The translations under genes were made by a program, and so were the position numbers. Positions 54,550 through 64,000 of a stretch of 64,000 bases of DNA are shown here, one piece after another. Positions within the stretch are counted from its first letter, which is position 1, and each line of letters opens with the position of its first letter. This DNA comes from an uncultured Candidatus Cloacimonadota bacterium (GTDB lineage Bacteria > Cloacimonadota > Cloacimonadia > Cloacimonadales > TCS61). The notes beneath the pieces are model-generated. The model was given only the letters and a program-made list of their open reading frames with translations, was not told where the DNA came from and made no database searches. The DNA lies in the NCBI GenBank assembly GCA_964604155.1, contig CAZRXY010000120.1:85-64084 (forward strand), in the 5' to 3' direction.

Positions 54550-55374
54550 ATGTGGAAAAATATTATTGATAAAAAATTGATTGTTATTGACCCCAATATT
54601 AAAGATAAACAGGATCTTTTTGAGAAAATGGTGAATCAGGCTTATGCTGAAGATTATATCATTCATCGTAAAAAATTTCTCTCCGCCCTGCAGGAACGTG
54701 AAGAATTATCTAATACAGAATTATATCAAGGAGTTGCTTTTCCCCATGCTCGCAGTAATGAAGCCAGCCAGGTATTTGTCTCTATTATCATCAGCAAAAA
54801 AGGCATAGATTACGGTAATCCCGAATTGGGTAAAGTGAAACTTATCTTTTTCTTTGGCTGCCCCCTTGATAAAAGCAGAGAATATCTGCAATTACTGGCA
54901 CATACTACCCGTCTTGTACGGGACGATAAGTTCCGCAACAAATTGCTGAAAGCAAAATCTCCTGAAGAAGTGGAAGACATCCTGATTGCTTATGATATAG
55001 AAATGATAGAATCTGAACAGCAGGACAATTTCCTGATGATTTTTGTCCTCAATAAACCAGAACTAACCTCCGAAGTCCTTTCCGCCATGGTCGAAGTGGG
55101 CATTAATAATTCATCCATTGTCGATTCTATCTCCATGGCAAGAAAACTTGCCTACGAAATCCCGGTCTTTGCCGGACTCAGTTACATCGGACAGGGAAAT
55201 TCCAAATCATCCACTATGATCTTCTGCCAGATTAATAATAGACAAACACCAGCAAAACTCACCGAAATCCTCAAATCTAACGGCATCGATATTAATAAAA
55301 AAGGCGTAGGATATATCCAGACCATAAAAATTGATACTCTCATCGGCGAAACCGAAGAAGAAATTGATCTCTAA
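54550..55374 (+). CDS. PTS EIIA(Ntr/Fru)-type domain protein with extra C-terminal domain
   Basis: GVAFPHAR active-site-like motif in the N-terminal half. The C-terminal roughly 110 aa are of unknown function. Confidence 0.75.
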   Translation: MWKNIIDKKLIVIDPNIKDKQDLFEKMVNQAYAEDYIIHRKKFLSALQEREELSNTELYQGVAFPHARSNEASQVFVSIIISKKGIDYGNPELGKVKLIFFFGCPLDKSREYLQLLAHTTRLVRDDKFRNKLLKAKSPEEVEDILIAYDIEMIESEQQDNFLMIFVLNKPELTSEVLSAMVEVGINNSSIVDSISMARKLAYEIPVFAGLSYIGQGNSKSSTMIFCQINNRQTPAKLTEILKSNGIDINKKGVGYIQTIKIDTLIGETEEEIDL

Positions 55375-55799
55375 AATATTATCACACCCGAATTGAATCT
55401 CACTTTGATTTCGTTTCTTTTCAAAAAATCACTTTGTTCACCTCTATAATTTCCGAATAGAACTTAGTCCATCTCGCTGTATTGTGAGGTGATGATTTTC
55501 ATTTCCTGAATCACTGATGATCCCTCAAAATATATCGAAACTCCCTGTCACAATAAAAGATAGATCTGCAGAAATTGGTTTTTTTATGCTGGGAGTGCCT
55601 TTTGGATAATGGCACAAAAGCATCACCATACGTGGATTATTATAGCGTAGAAACCGGTAATGAATCATCAGTTGAGAAGTCTATTATAGCAAAATAGAAA
55701 TATCAATAACCAGGCACATTTGCCAGTGTCATCTCCGGCATGACATGGCCTTGTTATCCAGCACTACAGCTAAAGTGAATAACCTGTTCTCTTGATAAT

Positions 55800-57473
55800 T
55801 TATCTTCGCCTATTTCTTTTTTTAACTACCCGCTGAGGCTTGCTCTCGCTGGTCTTTTCTTTTGCTTCCACGATCAGTGGCTTTTTGTTTTTACCCTTTC
55901 CTCTAAAGGCATTTATAATGTTTTCTGCTTCTCTAAATGGAACATTGGCAAAAGAAAAATTGTCATAAACCTGAACATCCCTGATAAGATCGGGTTCCAC
56001 CCTGGCTTCACGTCTGATCAGATTCACCAGACTCTGCTGATTGATCCCGTCTTTTCTGCCTATAGCAATAAACAACCGGGTAATACCTTCCTGATCTGGA
56101 GAAAATTCTGACTGTCTGTTTCTGCTCTGCCACTGACGCCCAGGCTCAATTATATCAGGATAGCGGCTGGAAGAGAATTCATCCTTATAGGCATGAGTAA
56201 GTAGTGCAGAAATAATGATATCCGGCTCAAATTCTGCCAGAAGTTCTTTGGCTAACGACATATTGTCCTGATAATCATCACCGGCTACTATATCTCGTAA
56301 TTCCGCCGCTATCCGGTCCCTTTTAATTTTTATCAGGTCTTTTATCTCCGGCAATTGCTCTTTTCTTATCTCAGATTTGGCAAATCGCTGTATCCTCATC
56401 AAGCTCTGATACTCCGAAGGCGTGATAAATGTAATCGCTGTCCCCTGCTTTCCTGCTCTTCCGGTTCTGCCAATCCGGTGCACATAACTTTCCGGATCAC
56501 GCGGTATGGAATAATTCAATACATGAGTCAGATCAATAATATCAATACCTCTGGCAGCAACGTCTGTCGCCACAAGGATACTCATTTTCTTTTTCTTGAA
56601 ATTATCCAGAATATTTTCACGCTGCGATTGTGATATCTCCCCATGCAGAGCAACTGCGTCATAGCCTCTTTCTTTGAGAGCTTCCGATAGATGGTTCACT
56701 TTAAGCCTTGTCCGGCAAAAGATCAAAGCATAAAATTCCTTTTCCACGTCAATGATCCGGCAAAGAGCCTCAAATTTATCGGAAGATCGCACTTCAAAAT
56801 AGATTTGATCGGTCAAATCCACGGTCAATTGTCCCGTCTGAACTCTCAGTATCTCATATTCACCCATGAATTTTTCTGCCGTCTCCTCAATTCTTTTGGG
56901 AATTGTAGCTGAAAATAACAAAAAACGTTTCTGCACTGGTGCCTTTGACAAAATATTTTCCACTTCATCAATGAATCCCATATTCAGCATTTCGTCAGCT
57001 TCATCCAAAATTATATATCTAAGCGAATCCAATGATATTGTCTTTCTATTCAGGTGATCTATCATCCTCCCAGGAGTAGCCACTATTATCTCCACTCCCC
57101 TTTTTATCCGGCTCAATTGCTGCTCAAAAGACTGACCACCATAAACCGGCAGCACTCTGATATTTCTGCCACCTTTAAATGAATTCAGCTCTTCTGATAC
57201 CTGCACAGCCAGTTCACGCGTGGGAGTCAATATCAAAGCCTGTATCTTACCGCTGCCCTCTGTGATATTGTCCATTATAGGTAAGCCAAAAGCTGCGGTT
57301 TTGCCCGTTCCCGTCTGAGCCTGCCCCATTATGTCTTTTTCATTTTTTAATAGCAGCGGAATGGCTAATTCCTGGATTCTGGATGGTTCCTCAAAGCCCT
57401 TCTCATTTAATGCCCTTAGCGATTCTTCCGATAATCCCAATTCTGCAAATTTCTCCAGTTTATTCATATTCAT
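55800..57473 (-). CDS. deaD: DEAD-box ATP-dependent RNA helicase with DbpA-like C-terminal domain
   Basis: AQTGTGKT, PTRELA, DEAD, SAT and HRIGRTGRAG, plus a basic C-terminal tail. Confidence 0.93.
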   Translation of the reverse strand: MNMNKLEKFAELGLSEESLRALNEKGFEEPSRIQELAIPLLLKNEKDIMGQAQTGTGKTAAFGLPIMDNITEGSGKIQALILTPTRELAVQVSEELNSFKGGRNIRVLPVYGGQSFEQQLSRIKRGVEIIVATPGRMIDHLNRKTISLDSLRYIILDEADEMLNMGFIDEVENILSKAPVQKRFLLFSATIPKRIEETAEKFMGEYEILRVQTGQLTVDLTDQIYFEVRSSDKFEALCRIIDVEKEFYALIFCRTRLKVNHLSEALKERGYDAVALHGEISQSQRENILDNFKKKKMSILVATDVAARGIDIIDLTHVLNYSIPRDPESYVHRIGRTGRAGKQGTAITFITPSEYQSLMRIQRFAKSEIRKEQLPEIKDLIKIKRDRIAAELRDIVAGDDYQDNMSLAKELLAEFEPDIIISALLTHAYKDEFSSSRYPDIIEPGRQWQSRNRQSEFSPDQEGITRLFIAIGRKDGINQQSLVNLIRREARVEPDLIRDVQVYDNFSFANVPFREAENIINAFRGKGKNKKPLIVEAKEKTSESKPQRVVKKRNRRR

Positions 57474-57843
57474 TCCTTTGTTTCTTTTTCAACAACCAAG
57501 TACGATACTTCTAATCTCTTAAAGTGAAAAAACTACCACAACCGGATCAGCTTAAAGGCACTCTAATTCTCATATTCAGTATCTTTTATACATCAATTAC
57601 TGTTTGATGTCAAAGTTTCCCCCTGCCCTTTAACTTGCAAGATAAATAAAAAACGGTGTTCGTTATCACCCCGTCTCTGAGAAAAAACCCAATATTTAAA
57701 ACCGCTCATCACTCTATCTTCTGCAAAAACTTTGCCAGCCAAGCAAACTTAACCAAGCGAATACAAGAATGCTTACTATTATTGACACATTTCTCATTAA
57801 TATATCTATTGGTCATCGGCTAGTTAAACATAACAGGAGTAAG

Positions 57844-58668
57844 ATGATGAAAGATAAAAATCTTAAAAAGCAGGCTCAGACCAAACCGAGAGCAGATAGA
57901 ATAGCTGATAGTCTTATCGAATCTTCAAATTTCTCAAATCAGACTTATGGTTCTAGAGATAAATTGAAAGTTAACCAGGAAGAATATCTTAAATTATTCA
58001 AAAAGAAGCTTGCCGGCATTGAGCGATCAAAACGCATGATCTGGAGAAGAAATTGTGCCGGTTTTGCCCGGGAACTGGATGCTATGCTGCATAACCTGAA
58101 GGCTCGAGTAACAAATCCACTTGCCGGACTAAAACTCGTTACCCGCTTTTTTGAAACTGATGAATTTATATTTTGTAAATGTGATGATTCCGATGGCGTC
58201 GTCAAAGATGTATTTGCTATAAATGCAACTGATCTATTTTCCCTATATGCCTCACAATATCCTGATAAGAATAAGGTAGAAAAAATTGTCCTTAAATTAT
58301 ACGAAAATAATGGTTACGGCGTCAGAGATGCCCTCATAGATCGCACTGCTGAATTCCTACCCCCCAAAAATATCCGCTCCCTCATCTCACATTTCCAGAA
58401 ACTGGCAGATAACCAAACCGATGAGATTGATAAAAATCATTATTTAGTTCCAGTTAGATCTTTGGCAAAACAAATTGGTGATGCTAATATTTTCAAAAAA
58501 GCCCGGATTGATGGCTGGAATGAATTGTCTTTTCCTGATACTATCGAACTCGTCGAAATACACATCAAAAATGAAGAGTATGACACTGCTTATAACTTGC
58601 TTAGGAAAATTCCAGATGATTATGACTACATGGAAGATAAAAAAAATAGACTGATGAAAAAATCTTAA
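57844..58668 (+). CDS. hypothetical protein, probable N-terminal part of a frameshift-split gene
   Basis: ATG at 57844 with AGGAG upstream. The frame ends directly after an A6 run at 58657-58662. Confidence 0.55.
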   Translation: MMKDKNLKKQAQTKPRADRIADSLIESSNFSNQTYGSRDKLKVNQEEYLKLFKKKLAGIERSKRMIWRRNCAGFARELDAMLHNLKARVTNPLAGLKLVTRFFETDEFIFCKCDDSDGVVKDVFAINATDLFSLYASQYPDKNKVEKIVLKLYENNGYGVRDALIDRTAEFLPPKNIRSLISHFQKLADNQTDEIDKNHYLVPVRSLAKQIGDANIFKKARIDGWNELSFPDTIELVEIHIKNEEYDTAYNLLRKIPDDYDYMEDKKNRLMKKS

Positions 58669-58700
58669 TTAAAAAAGGAGAAACCACAGAATTACAAAAA

Positions 58701-59201
58701 ATGCTCCTTCAAAATTTGAGAAACTGCCACCATTTGAAGAACCTTAACGAGTACTTGAAACTTGTCGGCAATGATAAACGAGAACAGACCATCACAGATG
58801 AAATAGCTGCTATTCAAAATAATGATACTCTAATCTATCAAGATATTGAATTTTTAATCCAGGTGAATAGATTTGATACTGCTGAAAAATATATTCTTAA
58901 TTGGAGAAATCATCTTAATGGAAACTTTTATGATATCCTGCTACCTTTAGCAAAAAAAATGGAAGCCGAAAATTGCCTTCTCGCCGCCAGTTTACTTTAT
59001 CGAAGCCTCCTGAACTCAATTCTGCAGCGCACATATAACAAAGCTTATCCTCATGCCGTTAATTACCTGAAAATATTAGACAAACTGGCTCCTAATATTA
59101 CTGACTGGAATGGAATCACTGATCACTCTCAATTTATGCAGCAGTTATTGATAGATAATGGCCGTAAAAAAAGCTTCTGGGCAAAATATAATAATATATA
59201 A
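58701..59201 (+). CDS. hypothetical protein, probable C-terminal part of the same split gene
   Basis: Its frame is already open from 58650 and overlaps the end of the previous ORF. No SD lies at a usable distance from the ATG at 58701. Confidence 0.5.
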   Translation: MLLQNLRNCHHLKNLNEYLKLVGNDKREQTITDEIAAIQNNDTLIYQDIEFLIQVNRFDTAEKYILNWRNHLNGNFYDILLPLAKKMEAENCLLAASLLYRSLLNSILQRTYNKAYPHAVNYLKILDKLAPNITDWNGITDHSQFMQQLLIDNGRKKSFWAKYNNI

Positions 59202-59342
59202 AGTACCCATCACCAATTCATTCAAAATCCAAGATTGTCTTCTTATAAAAAATATAATGCACAGTTATAAATACATATAAACATAAAGATATATACATCA
59301 CGTTTATATTTAAATGCCACGAATTGTAACTCATGGATTTAT

Positions 59343-59366
59343 AAAAAAAGCGGGGGTTTTAACCCC
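59343..59366 (-). terminator. Rho-independent terminator (minus strand)
   Basis: The minus strand reads GGGGT-TAAA-ACCCC then CGC-TTTTTTT. The stem is short and GC-rich. Confidence 0.55.
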
Positions 59367-59381
59367 AGACTGGCTCCCATC

Positions 59382-59478
59382 AAATTCCCGGGATAAATCC
59401 CGATTAGAAATGGGAAGTGTATCGCCAACCCTAAGCTGAAAGCACAGGGATACTCATTTTCTTATCACTACTCCTCAC
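59382..59478. repeat. dispersed intergenic repeat, copy B
   Basis: See copy A (51588-51683). Confidence 0.7.
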
Positions 59479-59708
59479 CAAACAACATCTGTCACTAATC
59501 AATGCCCCATCAGGCTATCTGCAGAAGTATGCCTTCATAATCTCTTGCCAGAAAACCATGAGATTTTTCCGCAGTAGGATCAAATTCAAACCAGTTGACA
59601 CCAGTAAGCCAATTCGGGTAACATTAGTTATCATAGAGCTGATCAACCTTGATATGGAAGTTATTAAAAGCCAGAGAGATTAGAAAATGAACTTGAATCT
59701 CCAACCTG

Positions 59709-60656
59709 TTAATTACGAATTTGTCGCTTACCAGCTTTCTCATTTTCCTTCACACTGGGTTCATTACTTTCTGCCAGGGTCATCAGCATTGCTACGGCAT
59801 ATCTCTTGGGTTTGATTTCTTTGTCATAGCTTAAGGCATAGGCTTTAGTTATTTCTGCACCAAGATATAATATCGTAGCGGAAAAATATACCCATAAAAG
59901 CAGGATGATAATTGAACCTGCAGAACCATACGCACTGCCTAAGTTTGTAATATTTATATAATAGGATACGCCAAATTGCCCTACCATAAATAGTACGGCA
60001 GTAAAGATCGCACCTGCTGTCACATGTTTCCATTTGATGTATGCATCAGGCAGAACTTTGAATATAAAGGCAAATAGAAAAGCTACTAACAGTAAGGTCA
60101 CCAAGTGATTCATGATGAAAAAGAGCGTGATAGCAACCTGGGTAAACCGCTCCTGTAATCTGCTCATAAATCCCTGAACTAAGCTGTTGAGGATCAGAAA
60201 TGCCAGCATCAGTAAACCCAGACCTGCGATAATTAAAAAAGACATCAGCCTTTTTTTTAGCATCTGCTGCCAACCTCTACCTTTTCTCACTCTCAAATTC
60301 CAGATCGTATTCATAGAATTCTGAATTTGCGTGAATCCAGCAGTAGCCGCTATTAAAAGTCCAATAAATCCGATAATAGCCATAAAGCTGCTGCTGTTAA
60401 TAGTAGCGTTCTGTATGAGTTCCTGTATTTTTATGGCTGCATCAACGCCAATTATGCCGCTAATATGGTTATAAATTGTACCATTGATCGCCTGCTGCCC
60501 CCAAAATACGTTTGAGATAAATATGATCACAAGCAGCATGGGACCTAACGTAAGAATAGTGCAATAGGCAAGAGAAGCACTTAGAGTCGGTACTTTATGT
60601 TCCTGGAAACCAGCAGCGGCATCCTTGAATATTTGCATCAAATCTATAATTTTCAT
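59709..60656 (-). CDS. yihY: YihY/BrkB-family membrane protein
   Basis: SASLAYCTILTLGPMLLVI and six TM segments typical of the family. Confidence 0.85.
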   Translation of the reverse strand: MKIIDLMQIFKDAAAGFQEHKVPTLSASLAYCTILTLGPMLLVIIFISNVFWGQQAINGTIYNHISGIIGVDAAIKIQELIQNATINSSSFMAIIGFIGLLIAATAGFTQIQNSMNTIWNLRVRKGRGWQQMLKKRLMSFLIIAGLGLLMLAFLILNSLVQGFMSRLQERFTQVAITLFFIMNHLVTLLLVAFLFAFIFKVLPDAYIKWKHVTAGAIFTAVLFMVGQFGVSYYINITNLGSAYGSAGSIIILLLWVYFSATILYLGAEITKAYALSYDKEIKPKRYAVAMLMTLAESNEPSVKENEKAGKRQIRN

Positions 60657-61016
60657 GATTTTGTTATACCTTATACACTTTTTTTAATTACCAGTTCCCG
60701 GGGTCTTCTCAAGTGAGATGTATTTTAATGAAGGAAGGACACTCCCACTCACCCCTGCGAAATTGCTTAAGCGAAGCCCGAAAAGCCAGTCCCGAGGGGG
60801 CTACCCATTTTTATTAATGCCCTCAGGACAAACATGGTATGATAACAGCTTCTACAATCTTTCTGAGTTCCGCCAATTTAGCAGGTAAAAGCTGCCCGGT
60901 AAATGCATTGACGGAAGGAACAAGTTTCGTACCGACGCAAAACATATATTTTTTTCTCATAATCAGACTAATCTTCTTGAAATCCTAGGTGAAAAATTGA
61001 TTGTCTTATTCTGTAA

Positions 61017-61544
61017 TTAATCCGGTTCTTTATGGATCAACATAGGGTTAATAAACTCAGTCTGCTCGTAAAATTTGTCGTCCAGTGTCTCAATGGCAAT
61101 AGTGTTATCGCCTTTATAGTGGTGGAGAACATCTATTTCGTATTGGGAATCAATAATTTCTCCCTTGCGGAAACGTCTTACTTTTGCAAAGGTGGAACTA
61201 TCAATTTCATTGGTTGTGACTTTTTTGCTTTTTTCATCTAAACTCGCCATCCCTATGGGTATTATTAGATGATTTTCACCTTCCTTGTTTGAGAATCCAT
61301 GCACCCCTGCCGAGGCTGGCACCTGAAAAACGTCATAACCATCTTTTATCACCGAAGCATCAACTTCAACGTCCAGGTACACTACACGTTCGGTATTCCT
61401 GTTTACCAGCAACCGATCTACAAATCCTATATAACGGTCATTGGCATCTCTAACATCCCAGCCCCTGACGTCACTGTATCCGGTGGATACTTGATATTCA
61501 GACAGTTCTTCCAGGTAATACAATAATCTTGTTTGCTCATTCAT
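61017..61544 (-). CDS. PRC-barrel domain protein
   Basis: DVRGWDVRDANDRYIGFVDRLLVN..VVYLDVEV is a PRC-barrel-like pattern. AAGGAG lies upstream. Confidence 0.65.
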   Translation of the reverse strand: MNEQTRLLYYLEELSEYQVSTGYSDVRGWDVRDANDRYIGFVDRLLVNRNTERVVYLDVEVDASVIKDGYDVFQVPASAGVHGFSNKEGENHLIIPIGMASLDEKSKKVTTNEIDSSTFAKVRRFRKGEIIDSQYEIDVLHHYKGDNTIAIETLDDKFYEQTEFINPMLIHKEPD

Positions 61545-61560
61545 AATTAATTTACTCCTT

Positions 61561-61854
61561 TTAATTAAAACCCATCTTGTGCATTAGTAATTCCTGAAGA
61601 GCAGCATATTGTGAGAAGAAAGTGAAAAAAGGGAGAGAGTCTTTTTTTCTGCTTCTTTTAATAATGCTGCTGCTTTCTAAAGTATTCTTCTGCACAAAAT
61701 GGGGGTGTATTGCTATCGTCTTGTCAGGTTTGACATGACGCTCATATCCGGGGTGAACACTCGAGATTCCCCCTGTAAAATTATCCAAATCTACATCGGT
61801 CAGCGCAAACATCGGTGTTTGCACAAATTTATATAAATCTGTCCTGGCAGCCAT
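61561..61854 (-). CDS. hypothetical protein
   Basis: A 97-aa ORF tightly packed between two same-strand genes. I recognise no motif and the RBS is weak. Confidence 0.35.
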   Translation of the reverse strand: MAARTDLYKFVQTPMFALTDVDLDNFTGGISSVHPGYERHVKPDKTIAIHPHFVQKNTLESSSIIKRSRKKDSLPFFTFFSQYAALQELLMHKMGFN

Positions 61855-61863
61855 AATCCGATA

Positions 61864-62469
61864 TTAGTTCATTTTGACCAGAAGCTCTGCAGCTTCCCGG
61901 AAGAATAATTTTACCGCATCTTTCTGATCGAGAGTATGTATTGTAGGATTTATTGCTGCTGAGGCAGCACTCAATTCTACAATGTCACTTTTCAATCCCG
62001 GATACTTAGTCACTTGAATATTACTCAGCTCTGTGGTTATAATATCAGTTGCCACTCGAATGCTGTCTGCATGCATAGTATCAAACTTATCTACCTGAAT
62101 GAATGCTGCAATTTCTCTCACCTGCCCCAAATCCACCTGGAGCACATAGTCAACTGCACCGGCAATCGCCTGGGTGGCATCGGCTAATCTAAGCAGCGCT
62201 TCATGGGTATAAGCATGTTCCAAATCCATCTCCTTGCCTGCATCTATAAATGCTACATAAGCTGCTACAATAACATTATCCTCCTTTATACCGATTGGTT
62301 CATTTACTTCTGCTTCTTCGATGTTGGAAACTTTAATTGCTTCCGCTATTTCCTCTTTGTTGCCAGTTAATAGCAGATAGTAGGCAATAAAGATAAGCGT
62401 AATAATTAATAACAATATCCAAGGCCGCTTCCGCTTTTTCTTCTCAATTTTAATTTCTGTCATAATCAC
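61864..62469 (-). CDS. hypothetical membrane-anchored protein
   Basis: Basic N-terminus plus a single TM segment (WILLLIITLIFIAYYLLL), followed by a helical domain. Confidence 0.6.
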   Translation of the reverse strand: MIMTEIKIEKKKRKRPWILLLIITLIFIAYYLLLTGNKEEIAEAIKVSNIEEAEVNEPIGIKEDNVIVAAYVAFIDAGKEMDLEHAYTHEALLRLADATQAIAGAVDYVLQVDLGQVREIAAFIQVDKFDTMHADSIRVATDIITTELSNIQVTKYPGLKSDIVELSAASAAINPTIHTLDQKDAVKLFFREAAELLVKMN

Positions 62470-63135
62470 TCCTTTTTGCTATTGATAACTTTGTTACCAA
62501 TAAAAGATGTATCTCTATAACATGATCACATCATCACACCCTTCGGCTTTATATCACCTGACACTTTCATTCGATAGTATAATGTGTTTTTGGGAAAGAG
62601 CAAATATATTCTTTTAGAACTAGTAAGAGGCTTTTATATAGTAGATAATGAGTAACTGACATTGGATAATTAAGAGAAGCCGAAATGACAATAATACTCA
62701 GCTTGCTGATTGTTATGCAACTTATCAGCCGGAACATTGCATCTTATATGATATTTCACAATCAGTTATATTAAGTGATGATCTAAATTGTACAACTCAG
62801 GTATATGAGCTTTTCGCCACAGAAAATATCTTTATGACTTTGATGGTGCTTATATAGAAGTCTATCGAATAGAAAGCACTCAAAAATAGATAGATATGAA
62901 ACTTCCCTCAATTGCGGTAACCTTTTTGGTTTTTTCTCAAAAAAGGCATCCCTCCGTTTTTCTATTGACAGGAACATGCTTACTGTTCACTCGTGGAACA
63001 GTTCGTCACTTGGTAATTAGTTTCATCATGCTCATCGGTGAAGTTTTTTGTTTCTGGATACTGCTTATCGATGTCGAAAGAGTCAGCCGCTATCCAGCTA
63101 TCATATAAATAAAAGGAGGAATTCAATTTACTGAT

Positions 63136-64000
63136 ATGGAAGAGAGGGAAATATTCAATAAAGGTGAATTCAACCAATGGCAAATGGGTTTATTGCAGGA
63201 GGCTAACAAGCTATTTGGAATTAATAGTTTTAGTATTTCACTTTCAAATCGCCTCTTAACAAAATTGATGAAACAGACAGTCCTGAATGAGGAGAGCTTG
63301 CCTGCAGCAAATGAACTTTTACGCATAGAAGTAGATGAATACTTGAAAGAATTGCAGTTATACTGCTATAAATATGCACTAAAATTGATCAAAGACCCGG
63401 AAACTGCCCAGGATATTACGCAAATGGCTATGCAGGAAATGTTCAAATCAATGCAGCAGATTGAAGCCATTAAAGGCTGGCTGCACAGTACAGTTTATAA
63501 TCTTGCCATGACTGCAATCAAGTTAAAAGGCAGAGATAGAGAATTGATTAGAGAATTGACTGCTCAAAAATCAATGTATTATGATCCACAAAAACTGGAA
63601 AAAGTAGAATTAGAAAAAGTATTGTCTGAAGAGCAGGTGAAAGAACTGCTTACAGAAGATGATTACAGCAGATTTTTAGAGATCAATAAACACAATTCGC
63701 TCAAAGAATATGCAGAAAAAACAGGGATTAGTTATGGTACAGCTAAAAAACATAGTCATATTATACGACGTGATCTTAAAGCTGCCTACTTGAGAAAGAT
63801 GGGTTGGAAAGCAAAACCGGAAATTCTCACTTACAGGCAATATGATAATTTAAGACGATTTGTTCACCGTCTGCTGGAATACAGCAATAAAAATGAAATG
63901 AAAAGACTTAACCGTTACTGCTTAAAAATAGATTATCATCAGGTTGAAGATGTTTTGATGCAAATTAATCAGATCGATGACTGGGGCGTGAGATATCTTA
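63136..64000 (+). CDS. sigma-70 family (ECF-like) sigma factor with C-terminal extension, 3' end beyond the window
   Basis: The frame is open from the ATG at 63136 to the window edge, so it is absent from the ORF track. It has a region-2-like segment (ETAQDITQMAMQEMF..WLHSTVYNLAMTAIK) and a region-4-like HTH (LKEYAEKTGISYGTAKKHSHIIRRDLK), followed by at least 70 further residues. Confidence 0.65.
   Translation, partial: MEEREIFNKGEFNQWQMGLLQEANKLFGINSFSISLSNRLLTKLMKQTVLNEESLPAANELLRIEVDEYLKELQLYCYKYALKLIKDPETAQDITQMAMQEMFKSMQQIEAIKGWLHSTVYNLAMTAIKLKGRDRELIRELTAQKSMYYDPQKLEKVELEKVLSEEQVKELLTEDDYSRFLEINKHNSLKEYAEKTGISYGTAKKHSHIIRRDLKAAYLRKMGWKAKPEILTYRQYDNLRRFVHRLLEYSNKNEMKRLNRYCLKIDYHQVEDVLMQINQIDDWGVRYL

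Noticed and set aside
62896-63183. Track ORFs 62896-63108 (+, hydrophobic 70 aa), 62980-63183 (-) and 63123-63326 (-).
   Set aside because: They have no RBS, overlap each other and the sigma-factor start, and show no recognisable motifs. I treat them as noise in an AT-rich leader region.
1-64000. Search by eye for tRNA, rRNA, tmRNA, RNase P RNA, SRP RNA, transposases, integrases, reverse transcriptases and toxin-antitoxin pairs.
   Set aside because: I found no GGTTCGAAT-type T-arm or other diagnostic motifs and no matching protein motifs. This is a visual scan only. tRNAscan-SE or Infernal would be decisive.

Overview
This is a 64-kb chromosomal segment from an AT-rich, probably strictly anaerobic bacterium. 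I support about 55 protein-coding genes. I found no rRNA, tRNA, CRISPR array, transposase or integrase by eye.

The gene content suggests an FCB-superphylum or Cloacimonadota-like amino-acid fermenter, but taxonomy cannot be verified from here. That content includes a complete rnfCDGEAB operon, feoAB, carbamate kinase, glutamate dehydrogenase, several histidine kinases, secreted enzymes with T9SS-type C-terminal sorting domains, and other secreted enzymes with dockerin-like C-terminal modules.

Housekeeping genes present are ftsY, rpsT, a cell-wall amidase, ruvX, mltG and a DEAD-box helicase.

Two genes that run off the window edges are missing from the supplied ORF track. One is a roughly 971-codon GlmL-like fusion on the minus strand at 1-2913. 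The other is a sigma-70/ECF-like gene at 63136-64000. Several track ORFs carry spurious N-terminal extensions, and I re-set their starts to codons backed by a ribosome-binding site.

The most interesting locus is 41.8-51.4 kb:
- A cytoplasmic GAF-type kinase and an NtrC-type activator sit upstream of a dyad element and a near-consensus -24/-12 sigma-54 promoter.
- That promoter faces gdh, which is followed by two translationally coupled PPDK_N-type ATP-grasp paralogs that lack a recognisable swivel-His domain.
- The second paralog has an N-terminal sensor module homologous to one in the kinase and a C-terminal Pol-beta-type nucleotidyltransferase domain.

Other points worth a second look:
- dispersed intergenic repeats, including a 23-nt exact block upstream of arcC and ruvX and a roughly 96-nt repeat pair
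- an 8-nt-periodic CT-rich tandem array in a 915-nt non-coding spacer
- a shared dockerin-like tail on an S8 protease and a GH57-like enzyme
- a secreted PAD-family deiminase
- a single-base frameshift that splits a hypothetical gene

All family assignments come from motif recognition by eye. No searches were run.
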